From positions 1 to 42,129 of the forward strand of contig JAUWND010000002.1 in NCBI GenBank assembly GCA_030612835.1: DNA of 42,129 bases, in the 5' to 3' direction. Numbering within the stretch: the first letter of the stretch is position 1; every line of letters begins with the position of its first letter. The DNA comes from Candidatus Methanophagales archaeon. Its GTDB lineage: Archaea > Halobacteriota > Syntropharchaeia > Alkanophagales > Methanospirareceae. This document shows positions 26,219-36,019 of the stretch, piece by piece. The notes beneath the pieces are model-generated. The model was not told the origin of the DNA. It did no database searches and saw only the letters and a program-made list of their open reading frames with translations. A program made the position numbers and the translations under genes.

Positions 26219-26773
26219 ATGGCAATAGGTCCAACATATCGGGTTCCGTTTCGAAGGAGGCGGGAGGGTAAAACAGACTATCGGAGAAGATTGAAGTTGT
26301 TATTCAGTAGAAAGCCACGCGTTGTAGTAAGAAAGAGTAATAAGCACATTAGGATGCAATTGGTGTTGTTTGATCAAGCAGGCGATAAAACATTTGTTTC
26401 TTCTACATCTTCAGAACTAAAGAGATTTGGCTATGAAGGTGGAACAGGTAACATACCTGCAGCCTATCTTACCGGGCTGTTATTCGGTAAGAAAGCTAAA
26501 GAAGCAGGTTTTGATGTGGCCATCCTTGATACAGGGCTACAAACACCTACCCATTGTTCTAAAGAATATGCAGCATTAAAAGGAGTTGTTAATTCAGGGA
26601 TGAAGATACCGCACGATCCCGCAGTTTTCCCATCGGATGAACGTGTTAGGGGAGAACATATAGCTAATTTTAAACAAGATACTTCTATCCTAGATAATTT
26701 TGAACTGGTGAAAAAAGGGATATTAGCTGAGAGCGGAGAGGACAAAAAAAAGGAAAAAGACAAGAGAAGATGA
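26219..26773 (+). CDS. rpl18: 50S ribosomal protein L18 (uL18)
   Basis: [25 protein letters not shown]. Confidence 0.92.
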   Translation: MAIGPTYRVPFRRRREGKTDYRRRLKLLFSRKPRVVVRKSNKHIRMQLVLFDQAGDKTFVSSTSSELKRFGYEGGTGNIPAAYLTGLLFGKKAKEAGFDVAILDTGLQTPTHCSKEYAALKGVVNSGMKIPHDPAVFPSDERVRGEHIANFKQDTSILDNFELVKKGILAESGEDKKKEKDKRR

Positions 26774-27417
26774 GTAGAGAACCTAAAAGAGGATCTAGAA
26801 AAGAGTCCTGGAAAACGAAAGAAAAGTGGACGCCAATAACAAAGCTGGGCTCATTAGTACAAGACGGCGAAATAAGAAGTATAGAAGAAGCTCTCAAATC
26901 TAGGTATCCTTTGAAAGAGTACCAAATTGTTGATGCTCTACTTCCGGATCTTAGTGAAGAGGTCCTGGATATAAATCTTGTACAAAGGATGACTGATTCC
27001 GGAAGGCGAGTGAAGTTTAGAGTTTGTGTAATAGTAGGAGATAAAGAGGGTTATTTGGGTATAGGCTTAGGTAAAGATGCTCTTGTCCGCAGCGGTATTG
27101 AGAAAGCGGTAAAAATTGCAAAAACTAATATCACTTATATTGAGCGTGGATGTGGTTCTTGGGAATGTGACTGTAAAGATAAGCATTCGATCCCGTTTAA
27201 GGTTATTGGTAAATCAGGCAGTGTAGAAATAACGTTAAAACCTGCGCCAAAAGGTATCGGTCTCGCAGCTGGAGATGTACCTAAAAGCGTCTTAGCATTT
27301 GCCGGTGTCAATGATATATGGGCCAAAACAAAAGGTAAGACAAGAACTACATTTAACCTTGCTTTGGCGACATACGACGCTTTAAGGAACACTGCATTAG
27401 TAAAAACTATGAATTAA
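26770..27417 (+). CDS. rps5: 30S ribosomal protein S5 (uS5)
   Basis: [16 protein letters not shown] and [24 protein letters not shown] overlap with rpl18. Confidence 0.92.
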   Translation: MSREPKRGSRKESWKTKEKWTPITKLGSLVQDGEIRSIEEALKSRYPLKEYQIVDALLPDLSEEVLDINLVQRMTDSGRRVKFRVCVIVGDKEGYLGIGLGKDALVRSGIEKAVKIAKTNITYIERGCGSWECDCKDKHSIPFKVIGKSGSVEITLKPAPKGIGLAAGDVPKSVLAFAGVNDIWAKTKGKTRTTFNLALATYDALRNTALVKTMN

Positions 27418-27438
27418 TTTATTTATGGGGAAATAAAA

Positions 27439-27906
27439 ATGCAAGCAATAGTAAAACTTAGAGGAAAAGTAAGTGTGAGACCAGAGATAAAGTATACATT
27501 GAATCTTTTACGGTTACATCGGGTAAACCACTGTGTAGCAGTTGATGATAACGTGTATTACAAAGGGATGATACAGAAGGTAAAAGATTACGTAGCTTGG
27601 GGTGAGATTTCAGAGGATATGCTAGAGGTATTATTGGAAGGAAGAGGCAGGCTAGAAGGGGGAAAGAGATTAACAGAAGAGTACTTAAAGGAGAATACGC
27701 CTTTTAGCACGATAAAAGAACTAGCTCATGCATTGTACGAAGGTAAAGTAAACATGAAAGATTTAAAGGAATACCAAATCAAACCTGTTTTTCGACTTCA
27801 CCCACCAAGAAAAGGGCACAAGGGTATAAAACGGAGCGTTAAGCAAGGAGGAGAACTAGGCTATCACGGCGATAAAATAAACGAGTTGCTATATAAAATG
27901 CGTTGA
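27439..27906 (+). CDS. rpl30: 50S ribosomal protein L30 (uL30)
   Basis: [31 protein letters not shown]. Confidence 0.9.
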   Translation: MQAIVKLRGKVSVRPEIKYTLNLLRLHRVNHCVAVDDNVYYKGMIQKVKDYVAWGEISEDMLEVLLEGRGRLEGGKRLTEEYLKENTPFSTIKELAHALYEGKVNMKDLKEYQIKPVFRLHPPRKGHKGIKRSVKQGGELGYHGDKINELLYKMR

Positions 27907-27963
27907 GTAATTTTATTTGATAATTACCGTTGATTAGGTTCCCTAACAGAATCTAATCTTAAA

Positions 27964-28656
27964 ATGATGACCGTGAAGAAAGAGCCTTGGAAAGAATGGA
28001 AACATATTACCAAGCTTGACCCTGACAAACAAATCACAGAAGCAGCGCTTGAGGCTATTGTAGAAAGTGGAACAGATGCTATAATGATTTCTGGCACTCA
28101 AAACATTACAGATAAAAATGTGTCACAGTTGACAACTCTCCTTAAAGACTATAAAATACCGAAAATATTAGAACCTGCAACTCCTGATGCGGTCGTTTAC
28201 GAAGGAATAGATTATATCTTCGTGCCTTTAGTGCTTAATTCAATGGATTTGGAGTGGATTATAGGGAAGCATGTAGAATGGATAAAAACTCACAAGATAA
28301 ATTGGGATAGAGTTATCCCGGAAGGGTATATCGTTTTGAATCCGGAATCTGCAGTAGCGAAACTGACTAAATCTGTTACCAACTTAACCACTGAAGAAGT
28401 CAAAGCTTACGCAGAATATGCAGAGAAATATCTTCGTCTTCCTATCATATATGTAGAATATAGTGGGACATATGGTGACTCAAAACTCGTAAAGGATTTG
28501 AGTGAATTAATAAGCGAAGCATCACTGTTCTACGGTGGTGGAATAGACACAAAGGAGAGGGCTATCGAGATGAAGTGCTATGCAGATGTTATCATAGTGG
28601 GAAATGTGGCGTATACAAACGAGGAGAAATTTCTTAATACTGTTCCCGATCTGTGA
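27964..28656 (+). CDS. Geranylgeranylglyceryl phosphate synthase (PcrB/GGGPS family, group I)
   Basis: WKHITKLDPDK, GTDAIMISGT, VEYSGTYGD, FYGGGI...VIIVGN. Confidence 0.85.
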   Translation: MMTVKKEPWKEWKHITKLDPDKQITEAALEAIVESGTDAIMISGTQNITDKNVSQLTTLLKDYKIPKILEPATPDAVVYEGIDYIFVPLVLNSMDLEWIIGKHVEWIKTHKINWDRVIPEGYIVLNPESAVAKLTKSVTNLTTEEVKAYAEYAEKYLRLPIIYVEYSGTYGDSKLVKDLSELISEASLFYGGGIDTKERAIEMKCYADVIIVGNVAYTNEEKFLNTVPDL

Positions 28657-28664
28657 TTAAGCTT

Positions 28665-28690
28665 GCAGTGGAAATGGTGGGGTGTGTGCC
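28665..28690 (-). repeat. Copy 3 (inverted) of ~25-nt intergenic motif
   Basis: gcagtggaaatggtggggtgtgtgcc is the reverse complement of ggcacacaccccaccatttccactgc. It lies between convergent gene ends. Confidence 0.65.
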
Positions 28691-28693
28691 TTA

Positions 28694-29587
28694 TCAAAAC
28701 AAAGCCCCTGTTACTGCTTCTGATTTTATCTCCAGCAGATACCCTGTATAAACTGATTTCTTTATCTCACAAATCTCTGACAGTTTCTTATTCCCTATCT
28801 CTATCTCTTTTATCTTCTCTATATCCTCCTCTTCTATCTTTACTCGTAAACCATCCAGTTGTATAATATTAGGCAATTCCTCTCCCATTTTAGGAGGGAT
28901 AGTCTTCTCTATCATATCTTTTATGAACAAAGGAGAAGCAGCTATTGGGTCCTCCTCTATATCTAACCTCTTCTCAGCCAAAGCTCTTTCTAACTCTGAA
29001 GCTACATTATATAGTAGATCTATTTCATCTTTACTTCTCATTCTAGCAGTCTTCCGCCCTACACCACCTACATAGTGCTCCAATTTCATGTCTGACGGCC
29101 CTCCTACTATTATATAGGGAATGTCAATGCTTTTGCATAATTTTACTTTCTCTTCTATGCACTCTTCAAAAGTACCAAAAATAAACACCGCCGCATCAAA
29201 TTCCTCTATCATCTGCTTCTCTTGCGTTGTCATCTGCGCTATCCTCCTCCCAACGCCTCGGGCCAGCCCCATCATATTAGTGATCGCACCACTTCTACGC
29301 AGAAATTCTGCTATATCACACATCGGATCGACAGCGTGATGCTTTCCAAGAGAAGGAACAACTATTATTATCTCAGTTCCAGCCAGAGGCAACTCCTTGT
29401 ACTTCCCACCAAGTTCCTTTATCTTATTCCTTATTTCTCGCTCATCCTCTTCGGGGAATGCTAAATGCATCATTGTCTCGGTCTGCATAACAGATTCTTG
29501 CAATATAAACCCGCCTAAATCCCCTACTAACTCTTTCAGCTCGTAAAACTTATACACTCCCCCTTCAAACATCATTATTTTATACAT
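28694..29587 (-). CDS. Methanogenesis marker protein 7-like (family assignment from memory and context)
   Basis: 297 aa, N-terminus MYKIMMFEGGVYKFYELKELVGDLGGF. Last gene of a three-gene string divergent from mtr. Size fits Mmp7. Confidence 0.5.
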   Translation of the reverse strand: MYKIMMFEGGVYKFYELKELVGDLGGFILQESVMQTETMMHLAFPEEDEREIRNKIKELGGKYKELPLAGTEIIIVVPSLGKHHAVDPMCDIAEFLRRSGAITNMMGLARGVGRRIAQMTTQEKQMIEEFDAAVFIFGTFEECIEEKVKLCKSIDIPYIIVGGPSDMKLEHYVGGVGRKTARMRSKDEIDLLYNVASELERALAEKRLDIEEDPIAASPLFIKDMIEKTIPPKMGEELPNIIQLDGLRVKIEEEDIEKIKEIEIGNKKLSEICEIKKSVYTGYLLEIKSEAVTGALF

Positions 29588-30125
29588 ACTTACTCACTAT
29601 CTCTTCCGCTTTATTCTTCTGCCCTTCTCCTATCGGATTTTCTGAAGCTATAATAGTAACAGAATTGGTAGAATGCATAGGTGATCGAACTCTTGCACCT
29701 TCTGGTATTATAGTATCTAAAGCATACAAAATTCGTGTTACTAAATCATCTTTCGGGTCATAAAGTACCAAATCTAAGAGTTCCTTTATTTCATTATCCT
29801 CTAGTTTCAATAATAGCTCCAATCTGCCTACTTGCTCAACTTTCTCTCCGTATTTATCCCAAAGTAAGGCAAGTAATTTAGGTGCATATCTCTCTGTAGT
29901 AATCCGTAACTTTTTCCCTTCCTGGAGCGTTATGTCCCAAACCGTAACAGGTCTTGACACACGCCCTATTTTAGCAACGATAATAAAAATAAACTCCTTC
30001 GGGTTGCAATGCATATAAACATGGTCTATATTACTTCTTAGCCCGGCATCTCGAAAAGTATCCTGACAGATCCTCGCGTATGACTCATTTGCAAAATCAC
30101 TCACCCCTTCTACTTTTACCTCCAT
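29580..30125 (-). CDS. Methanogenesis marker protein 17-like
   Basis: Start moved to M56 of the listed ORF (MEVKVEGVSDF). This removes a 103-nt overlap with the upstream gene and gives 182 aa, the Mmp17 size class. Confidence 0.45.
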   Translation of the reverse strand: MEVKVEGVSDFANESYARICQDTFRDAGLRSNIDHVYMHCNPKEFIFIIVAKIGRVSRPVTVWDITLQEGKKLRITTERYAPKLLALLWDKYGEKVEQVGRLELLLKLEDNEIKELLDLVLYDPKDDLVTRILYALDTIIPEGARVRSPMHSTNSVTIIASENPIGEGQKNKAEEIVSKYV

Positions 30126-30187
30126 CTCAACCACCTTCTCCCTTATTATCTTTATTTTATAAAGGGAACATAAATTTAGTAACTTAT

Positions 30188-31624
30188 TTATATATTCCTT
30201 TTTTGCTTTTTTATCCTCTGGCCCGAGACGCACCCACTGCCTTGGGTGCCACCTATGGGATTTCCAGGGCTTCCAAATTGGTGCATACATCTTCCAAGAA
30301 CCGCGGCCCCCCTCCCAAGTGCATCATCTGCGAAAATCACTTCTTTGTCCATATTCCTACCATATAGGTCACTCAACTTCTCCAGTATTAACTCTGGCTT
30401 CCTCCCGGTAATACCCGCCCTACCGGTGATTCCTATTTTCGTATCGGGTAATAATATCCCTTCCTCTTTTGCTATCCCCACTAACTCTTCAACGACACAT
30501 GCCGCCACCTCGTCTATTACTGCCATCACATAGCCCATGCTCTCTTCACGATGTACATCGGTGCCTATCTCTGCTATCTTAGGCAGGTCGGAAAGGTTTT
30601 CTCCAGCATCTACGCCTATCAGCGTGACACCACTTTTTCTCGCCGCATCCACATTTACCGGTGACCCGCCAAAAAGTGTTCCGGACCGAATTTTCTCTAT
30701 TCTCAAATGTTTCATGACATCTTCTGCATAACTTTTCACCACGTCATTCTTTACTTTTCGCTTTAAGTTACCCTGTGAGCAATCAAGTACAGAAGGATAT
30801 TTCTCGCTTACAATATGCGAAATAAAGGCATCGGAGATTGCCCCTGCCAGACCACAGAAACTACCAGTAACTTTTGAATACGGCACTTGGTCATCGGTCA
30901 CACGACCAGAGAGTGTAGTCCCAAAATCCAATGATAGAACGGGATTTCGATAGTCAACATCGAGCCATTTCGCGGCTTCTTTAAGACCCGCAGTTACAAG
31001 CTCGCCCTCCATCTCATTCGCTACTAAGGACTCGCCCGCAGGTGCTTCGTTACTGGTCACCGCGCCGTTGAAATATGTCTTCTCCATCCGTGAAAACTTC
31101 CTCAGGTCAGGATGGATGTCATTTACTGTCATAGGCGAGATCATCTTCCGCGGTGGGACCCCGGCTGCCATGCAGCCATTAGCCAGAGCTTTTATTACGC
31201 CCTGCATCTCATCTACTGATGAAAACCCCGCTGTTACTCCTGAGGACCGTACCACGAAATGTAAATCAGGAATTGTTATCCCAGCAGCACTTGAACATTC
31301 TTGTAGCGTCTTAGCCACTAACTTTGCGATAGAATCTTCAGAGAGTTCGACCATTGTTATAGTATGACAAAATGCAGAATCATGCGCTAATGCTTCTCGT
31401 GTCATCCTGATCGCTTTATCCAATATATAGGTCTTTCCGCTTTTCAGGTCGGTCGCACTCAATATAGTTTTAGTGGTGCTGTTGCCAAGCTCAACACTAG
31501 CCACGATGAAGATAGGTCTTAACGTAAGATCGCCTCTTGAAAGGCGTAATATAAAAAACAAATCACTATAATTAACCTTCTGTGTCTTTAGCAGTTTCGG
31601 ATGATGCTTTTTAAATAGCCCCAT
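30188..31624 (-). CDS. Actin-fold ATPase-like methanogenesis marker protein (marker 14 or 15 type; not resolvable by eye)
   Basis: VELGNSTTK phosphate-1-like motif, LDFGTTLSG and ITGRAGITG. The true start may be internal, near residue 35. Confidence 0.5.
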   Translation of the reverse strand: MGLFKKHHPKLLKTQKVNYSDLFFILRLSRGDLTLRPIFIVASVELGNSTTKTILSATDLKSGKTYILDKAIRMTREALAHDSAFCHTITMVELSEDSIAKLVAKTLQECSSAAGITIPDLHFVVRSSGVTAGFSSVDEMQGVIKALANGCMAAGVPPRKMISPMTVNDIHPDLRKFSRMEKTYFNGAVTSNEAPAGESLVANEMEGELVTAGLKEAAKWLDVDYRNPVLSLDFGTTLSGRVTDDQVPYSKVTGSFCGLAGAISDAFISHIVSEKYPSVLDCSQGNLKRKVKNDVVKSYAEDVMKHLRIEKIRSGTLFGGSPVNVDAARKSGVTLIGVDAGENLSDLPKIAEIGTDVHREESMGYVMAVIDEVAACVVEELVGIAKEEGILLPDTKIGITGRAGITGRKPELILEKLSDLYGRNMDKEVIFADDALGRGAAVLGRCMHQFGSPGNPIGGTQGSGCVSGQRIKKQKRNI

Positions 31625-31743
31625 TGGATCATTACTCCCGATATAGCACCCACTAAATATCTTATCTCATATATCTATTAATTAGTTCCTCTTTAACGTA
31701 TCTTATTATCTTTAGGGGATATATTAAATTAAAAATAGAAAAG

Positions 31744-31753
31744 CTTTTATAGT
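31744..31753 (+). promoter_or_regulatory. Possible TATA box for the mtr operon (cttttatagt)
   Basis: An A/T box preceded by purine-rich agaaaag, about 25 nt upstream of the mtrE ATG. There is no GGAGG before mtrE, unlike the internal mtr genes, which suggests a very short or absent leader. Confidence 0.3.
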
Positions 31754-31775
31754 ACTAACAACTCTAAGCTATCTC

Positions 31776-32792
31776 ATGGAACCAATAATAATGTTGTTTG
31801 CATGGATGCTATTGATAGTTTTTCTAGCATTGATAGCATGTATGTTCGAGGATTTGGAGTCAGACATGGGATCACAGAGCAATCCGAATTCGCAAGTGCA
31901 ACTGGCAGCGCAGGTAGGACAAGTGAACAGGTTCTTCAACAAAGCGATTTCCGGTGAGGCACCGTCATATGCCTTGTACTGTACTATCGCGGGAGTAGTA
32001 GCCTATGTGCTTTTATTAAGGGAGGTGAATCCACTATTGGCGATACCAATAGGGGCACTAGCAGGCGAAGCAATTCACGTGATATTTTCAGTCACAGCGC
32101 ATGTAGGTAGAACGGCGGCACAGAAGAGATTCGAGCAACCGATTTATCTAGACGTCTTATACGGGCATCTGTTGCCCATAGCGACGCATGGATTTATGGC
32201 GACTTTGTGTATTACTGCCATAGCGTACATACAGTGCAATTTAGGGACTCTTTCGGGGATGCCAGCGTTGAACCATCCATTCGCTCTACCACTGCTTGCA
32301 TTCATATGGGGCATTACAGTGGGAGCAATAGGATCGTCTACCGGAGATATCCATTACGGAGCTGAGAGGGAGTTCCAGGATAGACCCTTCGGAGAGGGCA
32401 AGCGGGTAGTTTACCACGGTAAGATAACGCGATATGCAGACTGCGGAGTGAGGACACAAAAGGACATAGCGTATTTCTGTGCTAAATACGGCGGACCTGT
32501 TACGGGCTTAACCTTTGGTGTTATCATCCTGTTCGAGAGTTGGAGATCTCTTGTAGGAATGATGCTAGGCGGTTATTTACCGCTACAAGAGGCAATGGCC
32601 AGTGATACTCTCTTGGGAACGGTAGCACGTGTCGCAACAGAGTTACTACCGGCCATACCAGCGGCGATAGGGGACTTGACAGCGATAATAGGTATCCTAG
32701 TGGGACTAGCGATAGGAATAGTACTGATAGTGGGAAACGTAGTGATAGTGAAATGGGCCAGAAAGAGATATGGGCCTTTTGTAGGAGAATAG
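31776..32792 (+). CDS. mtrE: Tetrahydromethanopterin S-methyltransferase subunit E
   Basis: EDLESDMGSQSNPNSQVQLAAQ signature; polytopic membrane protein. Confidence 0.92.
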   Translation: MEPIIMLFAWMLLIVFLALIACMFEDLESDMGSQSNPNSQVQLAAQVGQVNRFFNKAISGEAPSYALYCTIAGVVAYVLLLREVNPLLAIPIGALAGEAIHVIFSVTAHVGRTAAQKRFEQPIYLDVLYGHLLPIATHGFMATLCITAIAYIQCNLGTLSGMPALNHPFALPLLAFIWGITVGAIGSSTGDIHYGAEREFQDRPFGEGKRVVYHGKITRYADCGVRTQKDIAYFCAKYGGPVTGLTFGVIILFESWRSLVGMMLGGYLPLQEAMASDTLLGTVARVATELLPAIPAAIGDLTAIIGILVGLAIGIVLIVGNVVIVKWARKRYGPFVGE

Positions 32793-32796
32793 AAAA

Positions 32797-33492
32797 ATGG
32801 ACCCGATATTACTTATAGTGGTATGTGTGTTAGCAGGAGGCGTGTTAGCAAGTCTAGGCGTCCATCTGTTACCAGTGGGAGGAGCACCAGCGGCAATGGC
32901 TACCGCAACGGGTGTTGCAACAGGAACAGTCATGCTCATGCTCGGAGCGGCGATGTGTGGGTTATTTACAGCGGCATCGGTGGCGACGTATACCAGTAAT
33001 ATATTGCTAGTGTCGCTATCAGGTGCGGTCGGTTCATGGCTAATGATGGGTGTCACCATGCTTTTGGCGAACCTACTGTATGTATTTGGAGTCGGCGTCG
33101 TTCCTGTTTCAGGCAGAGTAGACGTGGACCCAATAACAAGGGAATCGCAGAAAGAGTACAAGACACCGCAATGTGATGGACATGGAGTACCAAATGTGAG
33201 CTACATCTCTGGTATGATGGGTGCGTTGTTAGGAGGATTCGGAGGTGCACTAATGTACTTCGCGCTGCTAGAATACGCTAATTTTGAGCCGACAATGGCT
33301 GGCGTAGCAGCAATGGGTATCTTTGTAGCCAATGCGATTATCGCAGCTTATAACATCGGAGGCACCATCGAGGGATTCCAGGATCCGAAGTTCAAGCGAC
33401 TGCCAAAGGCGCTACTCACTTGTGGCATTATCTCGCTATTAAGTGGTGTTCTTGTCTCGGTAGTAGCAAATATGGGAGGACTGATAGGATGA
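32797..33492 (+). CDS. mtrD: Tetrahydromethanopterin S-methyltransferase subunit D
   Basis: GVHLLPVGGAPAAMATATGVATGT; membrane protein; operon position. Confidence 0.9.
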   Translation: MDPILLIVVCVLAGGVLASLGVHLLPVGGAPAAMATATGVATGTVMLMLGAAMCGLFTAASVATYTSNILLVSLSGAVGSWLMMGVTMLLANLLYVFGVGVVPVSGRVDVDPITRESQKEYKTPQCDGHGVPNVSYISGMMGALLGGFGGALMYFALLEYANFEPTMAGVAAMGIFVANAIIAAYNIGGTIEGFQDPKFKRLPKALLTCGIISLLSGVLVSVVANMGGLIG

Positions 33493-34340
33493 CCGTAGGT
33501 GGAGGACCAGTAGTAGAAGAAGAGAAGGCAGAAGGGTTCACATTCCCACCGGATGTGACACAGTTGGGGATCATCTCAGCGATAATAGCAATAGTAATAG
33601 TGATCATACCGGGATTGCCCGCGGTGGTAAAGGCAGTGGGAGTCATATTCGCCTTACTCTGGGGTACGGATTCTGTCCGGAAGACCTCTAAATATGGGTT
33701 GGGGACCGGCGTTCCGTCTATAGGTGTGCTGGCAATGGGCTATGGTATTCTTGGCGCATTAGTGGGGATTGCTTTCGCGGGGATACTCAATGTGAGCATA
33801 GTGCAACCCGGGGTGTTAATAGGTGTAATAGCCATGGCTATTGTCGGATTGATCTCAGGTGTGTTATCGAACAACGAGAAGATAATAGGGATGAAGATAC
33901 CGGGCTTAGAACGAGGGATGATGGAATTGGGCATGGCGGGAACACTCGCAATGGTACTCCAATTTTCTATCGTTGCGGGTTCGCTGAATTTCGATCTGGT
34001 GATAGAGAAAGCAGTGAGCAATGGACTTATAGCGGTGATGTTCGTTCTATCTATGATGGCGATGTTCCATCCTTATAATGCATGTTTAGGTCCGGACGAG
34101 AGAAGACCAAGGACGCTTATGGTCTCTATTGAGATCTCAGGGCTGTTGTGCATCATACTGGGGATCTTCGTAGCGGCTACTGCAGGATCGACGTGGGGTG
34201 TAGCGGGTCTAGTAGACGGAATATCGTTGCTTATCTTCGGTCTGATAGTGTGGATAGTGTTCTTCGTAAAGTTTATAAAGACAGCGATGCGCGAGGCACA
34301 TTCGACCGTTGGAACAGGGTTAATCAGGACAATAGAGTAA
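33489..34340 (+). CDS. mtrC: Tetrahydromethanopterin S-methyltransferase subunit C
   Basis: Membrane protein in the third operon position. Start set at the ATG forming an ATGA overlap with the mtrD stop (the track starts at 33420). Confidence 0.85.
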   Translation: MTVGGGPVVEEEKAEGFTFPPDVTQLGIISAIIAIVIVIIPGLPAVVKAVGVIFALLWGTDSVRKTSKYGLGTGVPSIGVLAMGYGILGALVGIAFAGILNVSIVQPGVLIGVIAMAIVGLISGVLSNNEKIIGMKIPGLERGMMELGMAGTLAMVLQFSIVAGSLNFDLVIEKAVSNGLIAVMFVLSMMAMFHPYNACLGPDERRPRTLMVSIEISGLLCIILGIFVAATAGSTWGVAGLVDGISLLIFGLIVWIVFFVKFIKTAMREAHSTVGTGLIRTIE

Positions 34341-34361
34341 AAGAGGAGGTAAAAAGAGAAC

Positions 34362-34661
34362 ATGTTAGTAATAAATGAAAAGTATGGTGTGGTGTTGGAT
34401 CCGGACTCACTTAAGGTAGGAGTGAGCAGACCAGGATTCTATAAAGTGAACCTATCGCCGATAGAAGAGCAAATAGTGGCAATGGAAGCTTCAGTGGATG
34501 ACCTTCTCAATTGTCTTGACCCCCGCAGTGGGTTCTTAATGTCGCAGCCACACAGAGAAGGAGCAATGAGTAAAGCAGGCTTCATAACGATGTTCGTGTT
34601 CGGCGTGCTATTTGGCGTGTTAGCAGTGGCACTAGCATTTTTGAAGTTAGGAGGTGCATGA
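34362..34661 (+). CDS. mtrB: Tetrahydromethanopterin S-methyltransferase subunit B
   Basis: 99 aa with a single C-terminal TM. GAGGAGG upstream. Operon position. Confidence 0.8.
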   Translation: MLVINEKYGVVLDPDSLKVGVSRPGFYKVNLSPIEEQIVAMEASVDDLLNCLDPRSGFLMSQPHREGAMSKAGFITMFVFGVLFGVLAVALAFLKLGGA

Positions 34662-34662
34662 T

Positions 34663-35412
34663 ATGGCAGAGAAGAAAGAAGTTCCGGATGGATGGCCGCT
34701 AGTCACGGGAGACTATGAAGTTGGCGACCCGGAGAGTTGTGTAGCAATATCGTCTACGGGCTCTTATTTCCACATAGAGAAGCTGCCAGGAATTGCGATT
34801 CAGGGACCGGATAAGACAGAGAACATCGGATTAGAGAAGATGATCACGAATATCATCTCCAATCCGAACATACGATTCCTCATAGTAGCAGGTGCGGAAG
34901 TACCGGGACATATAAGTGGTGGTTCAATGATTGCACTGTGGAAGAATGGCATTGATCCATCCAGCCATAAGATTATAGACACGACTGGAGCGATACCATT
35001 CATTGAGAATCTACCAGCAGAAGCGATCGAGAGATTCCAGAAACAGGTAGAAGTAATTGACATGATGGGCTCGGAAGATATGGGTGCGCTAATAGCGAAA
35101 GTGAATGAGCTGAAGGGTAGAGACCCGGGAGCTTATCCGGAAGATCCGATGATTGTGAAGGCAGGCGAAGAGGAAGCAGTGGGAGCACTGTTAGCAATGC
35201 CGTTAGCAATGCCGGCATCACCATACATGGAAGTAATAAATAAAGCAGCGACAGATATTTGCTATAAGTCGCAGTTGATTGCAAGGGACCAGAAATTATC
35301 GTCGGGGCTCGCTGCGAATGCGATTCTGGGTATGCTGGCAGGACTGATAGTAGTAATAGTATTTCTCCTGCCGCTTATATACTGGGCTTTATTATATGGA
35401 GGTGGGACCTAA
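34663..35412 (+). CDS. mtrA: Tetrahydromethanopterin S-methyltransferase subunit A (corrinoid-binding)
   Basis: WPLVTGDYEVGDPESCVAI, VPGHISGGSMIALWKNGID (His ligand region), C-terminal TM anchor. GGAGGTG lies 7 nt before the ATG at 34663. Confidence 0.9.
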   Translation: MAEKKEVPDGWPLVTGDYEVGDPESCVAISSTGSYFHIEKLPGIAIQGPDKTENIGLEKMITNIISNPNIRFLIVAGAEVPGHISGGSMIALWKNGIDPSSHKIIDTTGAIPFIENLPAEAIERFQKQVEVIDMMGSEDMGALIAKVNELKGRDPGAYPEDPMIVKAGEEEAVGALLAMPLAMPASPYMEVINKAATDICYKSQLIARDQKLSSGLAANAILGMLAGLIVVIVFLLPLIYWALLYGGGT

Positions 35413-35622
35413 ATGGCAAAAGTAATCCAACAAACACCGGAAACGGCAGTAATAACGGCGAAGATAGAGGACTTGAGAAAGTCCATAACACTCATAGGCA
35501 AGGATTCGAGGTACGCTGCTGGACTCTGGGCAGGATTCATAAAAGGGATGGCAATAGGGCTATTTGTGAGTCTGCTTCTCGCCGGACTCAAATATGCGCC
35601 CTTTGTGCCAAGCGTGACATAA
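35413..35622 (+). CDS. mtrF: Tetrahydromethanopterin S-methyltransferase subunit F
   Basis: 69 aa with a single C-terminal TM; operon position. Confidence 0.75.
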   Translation: MAKVIQQTPETAVITAKIEDLRKSITLIGKDSRYAAGLWAGFIKGMAIGLFVSLLLAGLKYAPFVPSVT

Positions 35623-35641
35623 AACAAAGGAGGAAGAAACA

Positions 35642-35995
35642 ATGAGCGAAGAGAAAAAAACAGAGGAAGAGCTGGAAGCGGAGATCGAGAGGGAAGTAGA
35701 AGCGGATGTGTTGATGAAGCTGGAAGAGGAACTGAAAGAGTTAGCAGTTCCTGTTGCAGTGACTCCGCCAGAGCACACGAAACTAATGGGTAGATTAGCA
35801 GCGATGGACGAGAAGGTGGAATTTGTCACGGGCGAACTAGCGCAGAGACTGGGCGAGAAGATGGGCTTTGCGATTGGCCTTTTGTACGGGCTGATAGTAG
35901 GAATCCTAATATATGTGCTATTCTTGATAGATCCGCAGATAGGAACCTATATAGAAGCGAATATAGATACGATAAAAGCTCTAATGGGTGTGTAA
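35642..35995 (+). CDS. mtrG: Tetrahydromethanopterin S-methyltransferase subunit G, with Glu-rich N-terminal extension
   Basis: The core PVAVTPPEHTKLMGRLAAMDEKVEFVTGELAQRLGEKMGFAIGLLYG resembles MtrG. AAGGAGGAAG lies before the ATG at 35642. 117 aa versus the about 75-85 aa I recall as typical. Confidence 0.8.
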   Translation: MSEEKKTEEELEAEIEREVEADVLMKLEEELKELAVPVAVTPPEHTKLMGRLAAMDEKVEFVTGELAQRLGEKMGFAIGLLYGLIVGILIYVLFLIDPQIGTYIEANIDTIKALMGV

Positions 35996-36019
35996 ATATG
36001 AAAAGGAGGACAGAAAAAG

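Noticed and set aside
28663-28866. 67-aa plus-strand ORF starting in the GGGPS/marker-7 gap
   Set aside because: It is mostly antisense to the marker-7-like gene, Leu/Ser-rich with a TTG start. Its 5' end is the ~25-nt repeat motif rather than a coding start.
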